DNA of 53,452 nucleotides from a virus. Lineage: Duplodnaviria; Caudoviricetes. The stretch is taken from positions 1 through 53,452 of the IMG/VR virus record IMGVR_UViG_3300018933_000007; one strand, written 5' to 3'. Within the stretch, counting starts at the first letter, position 1, and the number at the start of each line of letters is the position of its first letter. Made by a program: the position numbers and the translations under genes. Positions 18,407 through 29,121 of the stretch are shown piece after piece. Below the pieces are notes generated by a model. That model had not been told where the DNA came from. It saw nothing but the letters and a program-made list of their open reading frames with translations, and made no database searches.

Positions 18407-18975
18407 CCCGACAGCGAGCAGCCCGGCTCCTCACCGACATCGTCGACCCCAAGAACGTCATCGCCGTGCTGTGCCTGGCCGTCGGCGCACACTACGGCTG
18501 GTCCGGCGTCGGCTGGGGCGCGCTGGCCATCCTCTTCTGCGCAGCCATACCGATCACCTTCATCATTCTCTCGGAGCAGGAGAAGTCCTGGGCCAACCGG
18601 CACGTCCCCGACCGTGCCCGGCGGATGATCGTCATCCCGTTCATCATCCTGTCGGTGCTGACCTGCCTGACGCTGATGATCGTCGGAGGTGCCCCAGCGC
18701 CGCTCCTCTCCATGGTCGGGGCCATGCTGGCCACCTGCGCCGTCCTGTGGCCCGTCACGAAGTACACCAAGATCAGCTTTCACACCGCCGTCCTGTCGGG
18801 CGCGCTCGTCATGATCGGCCTGCTCTACGGTCCCTGGTGGCTCCTCTCTGCCGCCCTGATCCCGCTGGTCGCCTGGTCCCGAGCCCAGCTCCAGGACCAC
18901 ACCCCCGGCCAAACCATCGCCGGAGCACTCCTCGGCGCCGCCGTCGCCGGGCCCGTCTTCCTCCTCGGCCTGTAA
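18403..18975 (+). CDS. PAP2-like integral membrane protein
   Basis: KISFH and WSRAQLQDHTPGQTIAG motifs; about 6 TM helices. Confidence 0.7.
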   Translation: MTRQRAARLLTDIVDPKNVIAVLCLAVGAHYGWSGVGWGALAILFCAAIPITFIILSEQEKSWANRHVPDRARRMIVIPFIILSVLTCLTLMIVGGAPAPLLSMVGAMLATCAVLWPVTKYTKISFHTAVLSGALVMIGLLYGPWWLLSAALIPLVAWSRAQLQDHTPGQTIAGALLGAAVAGPVFLLGL

Positions 18976-18977
18976 CG

Positions 18978-19015
18978 CCGTTGAGCCGCCCTTCAACGGA
19001 AAGGCGGCTCAACGG
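18978..19015. terminator. Bidirectional terminator between convergent genes
   Basis: CCGTTGAGCCGCC/GGCGGCTCAACGG stem. Confidence 0.65.
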
Positions 19016-19028
19016 TTCCACGGTTTTC

Positions 19029-19463
19029 TCAGCTCATGAGCATCTGCAGCGCCATCGTCATCTCCTCCGAAGTCAGCGCCTCACCGGCCGCGATCTTCTC
19101 CTTGAGCTGAGCCTGCGCCTTCTGCTCGTCCGTCATCCCGTAGTACGGGTCCGGCCGGTGAGCCGCCATCACCTGTCGCAGCGCGGCGACGTTCACTGAG
19201 GACGGCGTGACGTAGACGGTCACCGGGTTCTTCGGGTCCACCGGCAGGACCTTGTCCTGGTCGTCGTACTGGTGCAGGACCGCAAGCTGGATGTCCGGCC
19301 CGAGCGCCTCGGCCACCTCGGCCTGCAGCTGGCCCAGCTCCAGCGCACGCGTCCAGGTGAAGCGCTGGCTGTCGCCACGGAAGGGGTCCGTCGGGTCCGA
19401 ACCGTTGTCGGTTATCGGCTCCGGCATCGGCTCGGCGAAGTCGGTGGTGGTCACATCAGCCAT
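19029..19463 (-). CDS. Hypothetical virion-module protein
   Basis: GGAGGA RBS; overlaps upstream gene end. Confidence 0.7.
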   Translation of the reverse strand: MADVTTTDFAEPMPEPITDNGSDPTDPFRGDSQRFTWTRALELGQLQAEVAEALGPDIQLAVLHQYDDQDKVLPVDPKNPVTVYVTPSSVNVAALRQVMAAHRPDPYYGMTDEQKAQAQLKEKIAAGEALTSEEMTMALQMLMS

Positions 19464-21649
19464 GTGGTGTCGTCCTCCTGTGCCGCCAGCACCTGCTCCA
19501 GGTCGGCGTAGTGGGTGTCCTTGATGTCCAGGCGGTCGAGGTTCGCCGCCCGCACACCCTCGCCCTCGTTGATCAGTGCCTGCTGCTCGGCGAGGGTGAA
19601 GTCCTTCAGTGCCTGCCGACGCAGGCCCGCCGTCATCGACGGCGTCAGGTCCATGGCCTCCGACGGTGTGACGGCCGTGCCGTCCGTCGCGGGCAGCGCC
19701 CCCTCCGGCTCGTCATGCAGGACCGCCTCCGCGCCGCCCGGCTCGAACAGGGCCTCCTCCCGGCCCGCGTACGACTGCAGCGGCAGCTGCCGGTTCCAGC
19801 CCACTGGGTCGGCGCCCGCCAGCGGCCCCGCCGACGCCGGGTTCTCCCACGGCCGACGCTTCTGCGTCGCGCCCGGCGTCTTCGGCAGCTGGTACGACGT
19901 CCCAGACGGTTCCCCGAACGGCGCGTTGGCGTTGGCCAGCGGCTGGATGCCCGCCGCGCTCAGCGCCAGCAGCAGCTCCCCCTGGTCCTCCCCGGCCGCC
20001 ACAGCCGCCCGTGCGACCACGGACAGCGCAGAGTCCGCTGACGGCTGACGTAGAAAGGCGTACACGTGGTGTCCGCCCGGGAAGTCGTGCCGGGTGTACT
20101 CGCGGTCTGTGTGGTCCTCGATCAGGTCTCCGTGATGGTTGCGCACTTCGTGCATGGGCTTCCAGGAGATGCCCTTGAGATTCACCGACGCTCCGGGGTG
20201 AAGCGGCACCTCGCGCTCGCCATGGTCGTAGTACCCGTACACCTGACCAGCGCTCTCGTCCGGGTGCTCGTTGATGTCCTCGCGGTCCGGGGTGTGGGCG
20301 TGCAGAACGACAGAGGTGCCCTCCCAGTGCTGGCCGCTGGGATGGTGCAGCGCCGAGTTCTGAGAGCCGGTCTCCCCGAACGACTCGGCAACTCCGTCAT
20401 CGGAGGTCCAGTGCCAGCCGACACTGCCCTCATGGCCGTGGAGGCTGCGGGGGAGGGACTTCAGCAGGTGGTGCGCGCGCTCTTCGACCGGGCGAGATTC
20501 GTCGTGGACGATCGCGTGGTCCTCGGGGTGCAGGTGGACACCGAGCCCTCGGTGGATGCCGTCGAGTCCGGAGTGGATGTCATCCCACTCCCGGGACTTT
20601 GCCGCAGTCTCCGCCTCGTGGTCCTCGTTCTCGTCGAAGTTCCACCCGTACATTGCGTGCTTGGCGGTTGAGGGGGCGAGCCGGTGCTTGTCGGCGTCGA
20701 TGTCGTAGCGGACGACGACTTTGCGCGGGACCCAGGACGGCTTGTGCTCGTCCACGTGGATGTCGCGGCCGAACATGCCCCGTGACTGGGCCTCGTACTG
20801 CAGGGCGAGGGCGTGGGAGCACATGCGACCTGCGAACCGGCTGAAGTCGTCGTCGGCGCCCCAGTGGTAGGCGCCCCACTTGCAGCCACAGGACCAGGAG
20901 TGCGCGGCCATCTTGCCGGGCATGCGCTGCAGGCCGGTCTCGTAGACCTCGTGGTCGCCCTTGACCTCGGCGAAGACCATGCCGTCGGAGGCGAGGGTGA
21001 CGCGCAGGCGGCCTTCGGCGCGGATCCGCTTGGCCTTCTCTACGACGTCCCTCCACGCGGCGGTGACGTGGAAGCGGAAGTCGGCGTCGGTCGCGGCCGT
21101 CACGACCAGGTCGGAGAACGCCTTCGAGGCGTTCTTCACCCACGGCGGTGCGTCGTCGCCGTCGTCGTCCGAGTCGTCCTCGCCGCCGTCGTCGTCGGAG
21201 CCGTCGGACTCCTCGGAGTCGTCGCTGTCGTCCGAGTCGTCCTCGTCGCCGTCGTCCGAGTTGTCGCTGTCGTCGGCGAAGGGGTTGTCGCCCTTCGCGG
21301 CCGTAACGTGCTGCAGGGCCGGGTCCGGCCGCTCAACGAGGACCTGGGCCAGCTCGGGGTAGTCGGCGGCCGCCGTCTGCTCCATGGCCTCGGCGGTGAT
21401 CGGCGCGGGGGACAGCTGGGAGGCCGTGTACCGGCCGCCGCCCATGCCGTGCTCCAGCTCGACGTGGTACTCCTCGGAGCCGGGGAAGGGGCCGTCCTCC
21501 ACGTGCTTGACGACGCCCGTGACGCCGTCGATGGTCTTCACGCGCTGCTCGGGCTTGTAGTCCCAGTAGTCCTCCGAGCGCACCGCGAGACGCTGCACGC
21601 CCACCGTCTGGTGCTCCAGGCGCTCGCTGCGCTCGTAGTTGCCGCTCAC
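19451..21649 (-). CDS. Multidomain head-associated protein: SH3-like, acidic linker, SWIM Zn finger, inserted ART-like domain
   Basis: CGCKWG...MCSH SWIM motif; IHRG...WHWTSD..VAESF...EREVPL.PG ART pattern; GTG 21649 with GGGAGG RBS below a late promoter. Confidence 0.72.
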   Translation of the reverse strand: MSGNYERSERLEHQTVGVQRLAVRSEDYWDYKPEQRVKTIDGVTGVVKHVEDGPFPGSEEYHVELEHGMGGGRYTASQLSPAPITAEAMEQTAAADYPELAQVLVERPDPALQHVTAAKGDNPFADDSDNSDDGDEDDSDDSDDSEESDGSDDDGGEDDSDDDGDDAPPWVKNASKAFSDLVVTAATDADFRFHVTAAWRDVVEKAKRIRAEGRLRVTLASDGMVFAEVKGDHEVYETGLQRMPGKMAAHSWSCGCKWGAYHWGADDDFSRFAGRMCSHALALQYEAQSRGMFGRDIHVDEHKPSWVPRKVVVRYDIDADKHRLAPSTAKHAMYGWNFDENEDHEAETAAKSREWDDIHSGLDGIHRGLGVHLHPEDHAIVHDESRPVEERAHHLLKSLPRSLHGHEGSVGWHWTSDDGVAESFGETGSQNSALHHPSGQHWEGTSVVLHAHTPDREDINEHPDESAGQVYGYYDHGEREVPLHPGASVNLKGISWKPMHEVRNHHGDLIEDHTDREYTRHDFPGGHHVYAFLRQPSADSALSVVARAAVAAGEDQGELLLALSAAGIQPLANANAPFGEPSGTSYQLPKTPGATQKRRPWENPASAGPLAGADPVGWNRQLPLQSYAGREEALFEPGGAEAVLHDEPEGALPATDGTAVTPSEAMDLTPSMTAGLRRQALKDFTLAEQQALINEGEGVRAANLDRLDIKDTHYADLEQVLAAQEDDTTWLM

Positions 21650-21677
21650 CGGCGCCTCCCTCAACGGCTGAAGTCCT

Positions 21678-21712
21678 TCAGCCCTTGGGGGCGTATGCCG
21701 GTGCGGCGACAG
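21678..21712 (-). promoter_or_regulatory. Putative late promoter
   Basis: CTGTC...CCAAGGGCTGA. Confidence 0.65.
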
Positions 21713-21721
21713 CATCAGCCG

Positions 21722-22048
21722 TCAGCGTGAGGCGAGGACGGAGACGATGGCTACCAGGAGGGCCAGGCCCGGGATGATCCCCTTGTAGACGAACTCGCGG
21801 CGGTTCTGCTGACGGGTGTGGACCGCCGTTCGGGCCTCTCGCTCCATCTCCTCGACCGCACGCTCGACCTGCTCGATGCGTGCCTGCAGCAGACGCTTCT
21901 CCGCCTCGAAGTGGTCCTTGGTGACGTAGCTGTCCAGGCGCTTCTTCATGTCGTCGAGCTCGCGCCGCAGCTGCTCTCGCGTCTGTTGTGAGTCGCGCTG
22001 GATCAGCCGCCACAGTTCCCCGATGTTCTGGGGCTCGGTCTGGGTCAT
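21722..22048 (-). CDS. Coiled-coil protein with C-terminal TM anchor (lysis-cassette associated)
   Basis: MTQTEPQNIGELWR..., C-terminal hydrophobic helix, AGGAG RBS; next to endolysin. Confidence 0.65.
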   Translation of the reverse strand: MTQTEPQNIGELWRLIQRDSQQTREQLRRELDDMKKRLDSYVTKDHFEAEKRLLQARIEQVERAVEEMEREARTAVHTRQQNRREFVYKGIIPGLALLVAIVSVLASR

Positions 22049-22076
22049 GAGCGCAACTCCTGGGTGGGGGTGGTCT

Positions 22077-22112
22077 TCACCCCTTGGCGGCCACCGCGCC
22101 TGGTCCAGACAT
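22077..22112 (-). promoter_or_regulatory. Putative late promoter
   Basis: ATGTC...CCAAGGGGTGA. Confidence 0.6.
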
Positions 22113-22127
22113 GACGAGGCCAGGAAG

Positions 22128-22159
22128 AAAGCCCCACACCCGGAAGAGTGTGGGGCTTT
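22128..22159. terminator. Terminator after endolysin
   Basis: AAAGCCCCACAC/GTGTGGGGCTTT stem with T-rich tails on both strands. Confidence 0.75.
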
Positions 22160-22242
22160 TGCGCGGGGCACCCTCCCGCTCCGGGACCGAGGCTCACCCG
22201 GCCGCACGGCTGTCGCCGCGCTCCCGCCCGTCGCTGGTGACG

Positions 22243-23169
22243 CTACTTCTTGCGCAGCCCGTTCGCGACCTCGAAGGCGTACTGCCAGGTCTTCGGGCCG
22301 ACGCCGCCGTCGGCCGGGCCGAGCGCGGTGAGGAAGTGCCGCTGGAGGGCCTTGACCTTCTCCAGGTCCTTCTTCGTCATCGTGCTGCTCGGGCCGATGA
22401 GATATCTCGGGCCCCAGTTGCCCTTGTGCAGCCAGGTCTGGAGCTGCTTGGCGTGGTTGTTCTTCGCCCCGAGGACGAAGTACTTGCGGCCGGGGAACGC
22501 CGGAGCCTGCGGCTTGGGGGCGGGCTCCGGCGGAGCGGGCTTCGGAGCTGGCGGCTTCTGGGGCGCGGGGTGGGCTTCGAGCCGGTCTCCGATCCGGCCG
22601 CGCATCGCCGCCATCGTGAAGCCGCGCGGGTCGACCTTGCCGGGCTGCCACTCCATGTGACCGATGACGGACCTCTCGCTCCAGCCGTGGTGGCGGCAGA
22701 TCGCGGCGGAGGCCTTCTCGATGGCGGCCAGCTGCTCCTCCGGCCACGGGTCCTTGCCGTCGCCCAGGTTCTCGCACTCGAAGCCGTAGAAGTGCGGGTT
22801 GCCGTCGACGGTGGCTTCGTCGTCGGGCGGCAGCGCGCTGAGCTCTTCCTTCACCGCCTGCAGGACGTCCGGGTCGCCGGGACCGGCGTGGTTGGCCCGG
22901 CCGTAGCCGACGAGGTAGACGGTGCCGTCCTTGGCGATGACGCCGTGGCACAGCGGCCCGCGCAGCGCGCTGTGGCCGTCGCGGCAGACGGCGACGTTCC
23001 GTGCCGTGCCACCGGGGGTGGCGGTGTGGTGGATCATCACGCCGTGGACGGGCCCCCAGGGGCCCTTGTGGTTGCGGTTGTGGCTCCGCCAGTCGCCGAC
23101 TTCCACGACGGTGAGGCCTGCGGCGCGCAGCACGCTGACGAGCGTGGCCGCCGACATGGGCTGTGCCAT
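22243..23169 (-). CDS. Endolysin, N-acetylmuramoyl-L-alanine amidase with C-terminal peptidoglycan-binding domain
   Basis: VMIHHTA, GRANHAG, GFECEN and VIGH.EW..GKVDP motifs; Pro linker; ADG.VGPKTW. Confidence 0.92.
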   Translation of the reverse strand: MAQPMSAATLVSVLRAAGLTVVEVGDWRSHNRNHKGPWGPVHGVMIHHTATPGGTARNVAVCRDGHSALRGPLCHGVIAKDGTVYLVGYGRANHAGPGDPDVLQAVKEELSALPPDDEATVDGNPHFYGFECENLGDGKDPWPEEQLAAIEKASAAICRHHGWSERSVIGHMEWQPGKVDPRGFTMAAMRGRIGDRLEAHPAPQKPPAPKPAPPEPAPKPQAPAFPGRKYFVLGAKNNHAKQLQTWLHKGNWGPRYLIGPSSTMTKKDLEKVKALQRHFLTALGPADGGVGPKTWQYAFEVANGLRKK

Positions 23170-23196
23170 GTGCCCTCCTGAAGGGGTGGTGATATC

Positions 23197-23232
23197 TCAC
23201 CTCTTGAGGAGGGCACTGCCGGGGTGGGACAG
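23197..23232 (-). promoter_or_regulatory. Putative late promoter (endolysin)
   Basis: CTGTC...TCAAGAGGTGA. Confidence 0.65.
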
Positions 23233-23234
23233 GG

Positions 23235-26126
23235 TCAGGCGCCCAGGTTGTTGGTCGGAGTAGTGCCCGCACCCGCGATCTCCATCACGGCGACCGCGAG
23301 GGTGCCCTTGGTGATCAGCACGTTTCCGGTGATCTGGTTGGGGCCGGAGTCTCCCATCGCCTCCTCGCGGATCAGGGACCGGGTTTTGCCGTTCGTCGGG
23401 GAGGAAGCGATGGAGTTCCCGCTGATGAGGTTGTTCTTGGTGCCGTATTCCAGGTGGATGCCGGAGACCTGGCCGTTGAGGGAGCCGACCTCGCCGGGGC
23501 TGAAGATCGTGCAGCCGGTGACGACGTTGCCAGTGGCAGCGATGAACACGCTGTCACCGGCAGTGCCGTCGAAGTTGCAACCAATGAGCTTGGTGGCAGA
23601 GGCGTCCTGGATGCGGACGCCTTTGGTGTTGTTGGTGGCGCCGCCAACGAAGTTGCAGGCCACGATCTTCTGGGTTCCTGCCCGGTCGAGGATGCACACG
23701 GCGGTGTTGAAGCCGGTGCCTCCGGATCCGCCGAGGAACTCAAAGTCGCAGCCGATGATCTGGTTCTCGTCGCTGGAGCTCATGTGGATTCCTCGGCCGG
23801 GCCCGGTGGAGGTCATGGATTCGTCGAACAGGCAGCCGATGATGCGGTTGTTGTGGCCGAAGGCGCCGCCGCTCATCCCACCGAGGTAGAGGCCGTCGTC
23901 GCGGCAGGCGACGAAGTGGATGTTGTCGAATCGGCAGGCCACGGCGCCGCTGCCGTCGATGCCGCCGGATGTGCCGGTGGTGCCCTGCTCCAGGCAGTTG
24001 CCGTCCACGGTCAGGTCGCGCATGGTGATGCGGGTGTCGGCGCTGGTCATCTTGAAGACGTAGCAGTTGGAGTTCGCCTTCAGCTTGACCGAGGAGCCCC
24101 AGCCTGAGCCGAAGATGGAGTAGCCGCTTCCTGCCGGGAGGACGATCGGCGCGGACACGAGGTAGGTGCCGGTGGGAATGTAGGCGGCGGTCTTGGCGGC
24201 GGCCGCCGCGTTGACGGCCGCCTGCAGAGCAGCCGTATCGTCCGTGATGCCGTCCCCCGTGGCGCCGTACGCCTTGACGTTCAGCCACTCAACGCCGCTC
24301 GGGCGGACGCGCCGTACGGGGGCCGTGGTCGGGCCGGAGGCGACCGTCGCGACGGGGCCTACGGTGACGGCCTGGTTGGTCCCGTCGTCGTGCAGGCCCT
24401 TCTGGGCTGCATGCAGGTACAGGCCGTCCAGCTGCACGCTGGTCGAGCCCGAGACCCGTACGCCGTACTGAGGCGAGCTGGTGCCGGTGCCGTCGTCGTC
24501 GAGGCCCGGGTAGCAGGTGACGACGCTGGCAATGACGGGCACGGTGGCGCCGACGACGGCGAGACCGGCGTGGTTGTTGCCGCCGTTGCCACCGTTGCGC
24601 CCGTCGCGGCGGGCCATCAGGTTGGTGATGCTGATCGGGGCGTTCCCGAGGGCGTCGACCAGGACGCCGTCGCCGCCGTTGCGGTCGGTCGAGCAGGCGT
24701 CCATCAGGAAGCCGCCGGAGCCGGTGCCGTTGCCCCAGGCACCGGTGACGTGGACGCCATGGCTGCCGTTCCACTCGAACCTGCAGCCGATCGCCTGGCT
24801 GTTGGGGATGTTCGTCAGGACCGCGCCGCGCCCCCAGCAGCCGATGACCTGGCAGTCGATCATGGTCAGGTCGGTCATCCGGGTGAGCAGCAGACCGTTG
24901 GCGCGGCAGTTGTCGATCATGACGCTGGTCATGCGCCAGGAGTACGGGAAGACGTTGTTCACGCCGCCGGTGACGATGCCGTTGTTCGACATCCGGCGGA
25001 TCGTCACGTTGGTCAGCCGCACGTTCTGGATGTTCCCGGCGGCGAAGATCCCGTCGACCGGCTTGGTGCCGTCCAGCGTGGACCCGTCCAGCATGAGGTC
25101 CTCGATGCGGTGCTCGGCGGACAGGGAGGCGTATCCGCCGCTGGCCTGGTCCTTGAACAGGACCAGGGCGGTACCGACGAAGCTGGGCAGGGGCTGGATG
25201 TAGCAGGGCGGATCGGCGAGGTTCTGCCCCGCCATCATGTTGGCGTGCGAGCCGCGCAGCGTGACGCCCGGCTTCGGCACGATCGGCGCGGAGACGGCAT
25301 AGACGCCCTGGGGGAAGTAGACGATGCCGCCGGGCGGACACGCCCCGATCGCATCGTTGATCGCGGCGACATCGTCCGTCACGCCATCGGCCTTCGCTCC
25401 GTAGAGGGCGTCCTTGACGTTGATCCAGCCGAACACGGACTGGCCGAGCTGGCCCACGGTGGCCGCGTCCGTCGGCTGCACGCCCGGGGCCAGGTTTGCC
25501 AGCCGCTGGGCGTTGATGTCCACGGCGGCAGTCGGCTTGCGCAGCTGGTGCAGGGCGGGCATCTCGTGGACGTGCCGAGCGTCGGCCGCCTTGCCGCTGG
25601 TTCCGGCCGCCCGGGTGCCCAGGGGCTGAATGTCGGTGTTGTCGCCGCTGATCGGCGTTGCGCCGCCGCCGGAGCCACCGGAGCCGATGTCGGTGGGCAG
25701 CTGGCTGTAGGGGATGCGGCCAGAACCGTCGAGGCCCGCGTAGCCGTTGGGCAGGCCGCGCTGGTTGACGGGCTGGAAGAAGACGCCCGGCGCGGTCGCC
25801 TCGGCCAGCCGGGGCGCGGTGGCCAGATCCACGGGGCCGCCGTCGTACGGCACGGCGATGAAGTACGTGGCCGTGGCCAGCCCGGACAGCGTCTCGGTCA
25901 CCTCGTAGGTGCCGCCTCCGGCCGGGAGTGTGTCCGGGTCGTCGGTGGCCGGGACGATCAGGGCTATCGAACCTTGCGCGTTGAGTGTGGCCGTGTAGGG
26001 CCGCCGGTCAGCGATCTCCCCGTTGTTGGTGAGCACGCCGACGAGCTGCAGCCGAACCGTTCCGCTGCGGGGGTTTCCCGAGCCGTCGAGGTAGGTCCGC
26101 GTGACCGGGACCAGGGTAAAACTCAT
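23235..26126 (-). CDS. Fibre/spike protein with two tandem pectate-lyase-like beta-helix domains
   Basis: Two NVK..YGA.GDG.TDD..A caps each followed by Asn/Gly-rich repeats; fibre motifs in the N-terminus. Confidence 0.8.
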   Translation of the reverse strand: MSFTLVPVTRTYLDGSGNPRSGTVRLQLVGVLTNNGEIADRRPYTATLNAQGSIALIVPATDDPDTLPAGGGTYEVTETLSGLATATYFIAVPYDGGPVDLATAPRLAEATAPGVFFQPVNQRGLPNGYAGLDGSGRIPYSQLPTDIGSGGSGGGATPISGDNTDIQPLGTRAAGTSGKAADARHVHEMPALHQLRKPTAAVDINAQRLANLAPGVQPTDAATVGQLGQSVFGWINVKDALYGAKADGVTDDVAAINDAIGACPPGGIVYFPQGVYAVSAPIVPKPGVTLRGSHANMMAGQNLADPPCYIQPLPSFVGTALVLFKDQASGGYASLSAEHRIEDLMLDGSTLDGTKPVDGIFAAGNIQNVRLTNVTIRRMSNNGIVTGGVNNVFPYSWRMTSVMIDNCRANGLLLTRMTDLTMIDCQVIGCWGRGAVLTNIPNSQAIGCRFEWNGSHGVHVTGAWGNGTGSGGFLMDACSTDRNGGDGVLVDALGNAPISITNLMARRDGRNGGNGGNNHAGLAVVGATVPVIASVVTCYPGLDDDGTGTSSPQYGVRVSGSTSVQLDGLYLHAAQKGLHDDGTNQAVTVGPVATVASGPTTAPVRRVRPSGVEWLNVKAYGATGDGITDDTAALQAAVNAAAAAKTAAYIPTGTYLVSAPIVLPAGSGYSIFGSGWGSSVKLKANSNCYVFKMTSADTRITMRDLTVDGNCLEQGTTGTSGGIDGSGAVACRFDNIHFVACRDDGLYLGGMSGGAFGHNNRIIGCLFDESMTSTGPGRGIHMSSSDENQIIGCDFEFLGGSGGTGFNTAVCILDRAGTQKIVACNFVGGATNNTKGVRIQDASATKLIGCNFDGTAGDSVFIAATGNVVTGCTIFSPGEVGSLNGQVSGIHLEYGTKNNLISGNSIASSPTNGKTRSLIREEAMGDSGPNQITGNVLITKGTLAVAVMEIAGAGTTPTNNLGA

Positions 26127-28297
26127 GCCTGCAGCTCCTTGTTGATGTCGTCCTCCGCGATGTGGCGGCGCATGCCGATGTGGCGGGGACCTTGGTAGAG
26201 GCCGACGGCCTGCTTGCGCTGGATCGCCTCGGGGACCGGGACCTCGGAGGCCTCCGCGTCGGCCTCGGCGACCGGCTTCGGCGGCACCTTGACCTTCGGC
26301 TGGTAGGTGTCGGCCAGGAGCCGGATCCTCTCGTGGTTCTGGAACAGACCCGTGGCGTCGTCCGGCGTCGGCCGGGCCGCGTAGACGGACTGCTTGGGCA
26401 TGTCCGCGCGGGCCTCGTCAGACTCGTCGGGACGCTGCTCCTGGCCCTGGTCGGCGTCGACCGGCTCCGGCACCCCGCCGGGCTGTGCCACGCCGCCGTC
26501 CGGCGGCATCGTGGTCAGGTCCTGCATGGTCGGCGCGAGCGTGGGCTGTGAGCCGACCGGATCCATGCCGAGGATCGGGATCCGCAGCGGCGCCGTCGGC
26601 GGCTGCGCCATGTCCTGCTCGGCCGGGAGCGCGCGCGGCTGGAAGTCGGCCCGCAGGTCCTCCGGGATCGGCAGCCCCTTGCCCGCGAGCGCCACGTAGA
26701 TGGCCTTGCGGGTCTCCTGCTCGGCGACCGCGAGCTCGACGGCCTCGTCGCGGGACTTCTCGACCTCTTCCTCGAAGTCGATGTTGACGTTGTGCAGGCG
26801 CGTCTTCATCGAGATCGGCACCCCGGCCTCGCGCAGGGCCTCGAAGAACTCGTTCTGCGCGGCCTCGTCCTGCAGGGACATCGTCTTGAACTGCAGGTCG
26901 GGGATGAGGAGCTTGGGCTGCTCGACGATCCGGCCCTCGCCGGTCTCCTCGTCGATCTCGTAGATCTCCTCCATCTTCACGTACCGCTTGCCGCCCCTCT
27001 CCTCGTAGTCGAAGTGCTCCTGCGCTTCGGCGACGACGAGGGCTCGCTGGCGGTAGTGCGCGGTGACGAGCTGCTGGTAGTTGGTCAGCATCTGCGTGAC
27101 CAGGTCCCTGTTGAGGGCGTCGGCCGCGTACGTCTCGCCGGAGGACGCACCGGCCAGCATCGTCTTGGACAGGCCGAAGGTCTGCAGGACGCGACCCTCG
27201 ATCCGGTCGAAGTCGGGGGAGAGGTCGGGGATGTCCTCCTTGCCCAGCACGGACTCCATCTGGACCGCGAAGTGGGTCATGATGATGCGGAAGTCGCCCG
27301 CGAGGGCCGCGTCCACGGCCTCCTCGAAGTCGGCGAGGTCGTCCATGGTCGGGATCCAGGGCACGTTGGTGCCCAGGTCGCTCGCGGAGGCGCCGAGCTT
27401 GGCGTGGATGAGCGGCGTGTACAGCCGGTCGGCGATCGAGTCGACGGCCGCGTTCAGCATCTCCTCCTGCATGAGCGAACGCATCGCTCTGTACAGCAGG
27501 GGGATGCCCCGGGGGTTGAACGTGTCGGCCTCGTGCTTGAGCTGACGCAGGAGGATGTTCGACACCGGCATCAGCGAGTTGTCGTCGGCGTAGTACGTCA
27601 GCTCCGGGTACGCCGTGATCAGCTTCTCGTACTCCCACGCGGGCATGCGGGTGCGGATGAGCTCGCGCATGCTCTGCGGCAGCCGGATCAGGAACCGGGG
27701 CTCGCGCAGGAACGGGGACAGCTGCACTTCGACGTCGTCGGGGTTCAGCAGCTCCTCGTCGTCCCAGACTCCGAGGTCCTCGTTGAAGGTGCCCAGCGGC
27801 CAGGCCTCGCCGACCGTCCAGTACTCCCGGCCCATCCGGACCAGGAAGTCCTTGTAGTTCAGGCCGTCTTCGGAGAGGAAGTGGTCCGTGTAGAACTCGG
27901 TGAGTCGCTCGTCCTTACAGCTCAGCTTCAGGCCCAGCAGCGGGTACTTCGAGTAGATGTCGACGCACGAGCCGACGATCGGGTGGCTGATGTAGAGCAG
28001 GCGGCAGTACGCCCGCATCTTCGCCATCTGCGCCGGGTCGTCGAACTGGAATGGGAGGTTGTTCTGCCTCCAATAAAAAAGTGGGTCGCGCGGCCGTACG
28101 GTCGCGAAGCTCACCGAGGGGTTCGACCCGGTCCCCGCGACGCCCGCAGCGGTCTTGCGGTTGACGCGCCTGTTCAGACGCATCTCGGCGACCTCTTCCG
28201 ACTCCCCAGGGCGCGAGGAGAAGCGCTTGAAGAGCCGGTCGATTCTCGACTGCTCCTGCTGGTAGTTCGGCTGGGCGCCGCCCCGCTGCTGGGCCAT
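26123..28297 (-). CDS. Portal protein
   Basis: 724 aa; [23 protein letters not shown] and RGIPLL.R motifs; position upstream of head genes. Confidence 0.8.
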   Translation of the reverse strand: MAQQRGGAQPNYQQEQSRIDRLFKRFSSRPGESEEVAEMRLNRRVNRKTAAGVAGTGSNPSVSFATVRPRDPLFYWRQNNLPFQFDDPAQMAKMRAYCRLLYISHPIVGSCVDIYSKYPLLGLKLSCKDERLTEFYTDHFLSEDGLNYKDFLVRMGREYWTVGEAWPLGTFNEDLGVWDDEELLNPDDVEVQLSPFLREPRFLIRLPQSMRELIRTRMPAWEYEKLITAYPELTYYADDNSLMPVSNILLRQLKHEADTFNPRGIPLLYRAMRSLMQEEMLNAAVDSIADRLYTPLIHAKLGASASDLGTNVPWIPTMDDLADFEEAVDAALAGDFRIIMTHFAVQMESVLGKEDIPDLSPDFDRIEGRVLQTFGLSKTMLAGASSGETYAADALNRDLVTQMLTNYQQLVTAHYRQRALVVAEAQEHFDYEERGGKRYVKMEEIYEIDEETGEGRIVEQPKLLIPDLQFKTMSLQDEAAQNEFFEALREAGVPISMKTRLHNVNIDFEEEVEKSRDEAVELAVAEQETRKAIYVALAGKGLPIPEDLRADFQPRALPAEQDMAQPPTAPLRIPILGMDPVGSQPTLAPTMQDLTTMPPDGGVAQPGGVPEPVDADQGQEQRPDESDEARADMPKQSVYAARPTPDDATGLFQNHERIRLLADTYQPKVKVPPKPVAEADAEASEVPVPEAIQRKQAVGLYQGPRHIGMRRHIAEDDINKELQA

Positions 28298-28316
28298 GGA
28301 TCCTCCTGTGGTGGCT

Positions 28317-28350
28317 TCACCCCTTGGGCGGGAGGAGCGGCCACAGACAG
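28317..28350 (-). promoter_or_regulatory. Putative late promoter (portal)
   Basis: CTGTC...CCAAGGGGTGA. Confidence 0.7.
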
Positions 28351-28375
28351 GGCGGACGGCGCCCGAGCAGCGGAA

Positions 28376-28561
28376 TCAGGACGATGCGGTCTTGCGCCGA
28401 CGAGGCTTCACCGGTTCCGCCGAGACCTCGTCGGCGTAGCCGTATGCCAGGAGCTGCCGCGCGCGGTCCTCCTGGCCGTCGGGCAGGGTCACCCACTCAC
28501 CGGGCTGGTAGACGTGGCCGTCGATCTCCAGCTGCACGCGCGCCTTCAGGGGGATGCTCAC
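28376..28561 (-). CDS. Small virion-module protein
   Basis: DGHVYQPGE.V......ARQLLAYGYA pattern; overlaps upstream stop. Confidence 0.6.
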   Translation of the reverse strand: MSIPLKARVQLEIDGHVYQPGEWVTLPDGQEDRARQLLAYGYADEVSAEPVKPRRRKTASS

Positions 28562-29073
28562 TTCCCGCCTCCCAGCAGTCCGGCGAGATACGCAACGTAC
28601 GCGGTGCGCTCCATCGTTCGGCCGCCCTGGGCCCGATAGGCAGAGTTCTTGCCGAACGGCGGCGGACCCCCGGATCCGCTCTTGTCGTCGCCGGACTCCT
28701 CCGAGCCGGGCGGGCCATTGTCGGGGCTTGAGTCGCTTGAGTCGCTTGAGTCGCTGTCCTGCCCGAACGGGGGGGCGTCCCCACCGTCCTCCTCGCCTTC
28801 AGCGCCCGGCGGCATCGCGTTCGGGTCGGCGCCCGGCGGCATCCCCGGCATGGCCGGGGGCGGCATGCCGGGGATCTGCACCGGCATGCCGTCGATGGAC
28901 TGGGGGAACGCCGAGAACATCGGCTGGACCCGCACCAGGAAGGCCTGGTTGCAGAACGAGCACTCCGTGTTGCCGTCCGAGCGGCCGATGACCTGCCCCG
29001 AACCGCAGAACGGGCAGTGCGCGATGGTCACCCCATCGCCGGACTGATGCGCCACCACTACGCGCAGCGTCAT
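28558..29073 (-). CDS. Zn-ribbon protein with Pro/acidic tail
   Basis: HCPFCGSG...CSFC; GGAGGT RBS; own late promoter. Confidence 0.7.
   Translation of the reverse strand: MTLRVVVAHQSGDGVTIAHCPFCGSGQVIGRSDGNTECSFCNQAFLVRVQPMFSAFPQSIDGMPVQIPGMPPPAMPGMPPGADPNAMPPGAEGEEDGGDAPPFGQDSDSSDSSDSSPDNGPPGSEESGDDKSGSGGPPPFGKNSAYRAQGGRTMERTAYVAYLAGLLGGGK
28726..28755. repeat. In-frame 9-bp tandem repeat (3.3 copies)
   Basis: (GCTTGAGTC)x3 encoding DSS repeats. Confidence 0.8.
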
Positions 29074-29085
29074 AACCGCTCACCT

Positions 29086-29120
29086 CCACCCCCTACAGGC
29101 GAAGGCCCGGCACGGGACAG
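29086..29120 (-). promoter_or_regulatory. Putative late promoter
   Basis: CTGTC...TGTAGGGGGTGG. Confidence 0.55.
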
Positions 29121-29121
29121 C

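Noticed and set aside
21145-21290. GTC/GAC-rich repeat as a DNA repeat element
   Set aside because: Explained by an Asp/Ser/Glu low-complexity coding linker
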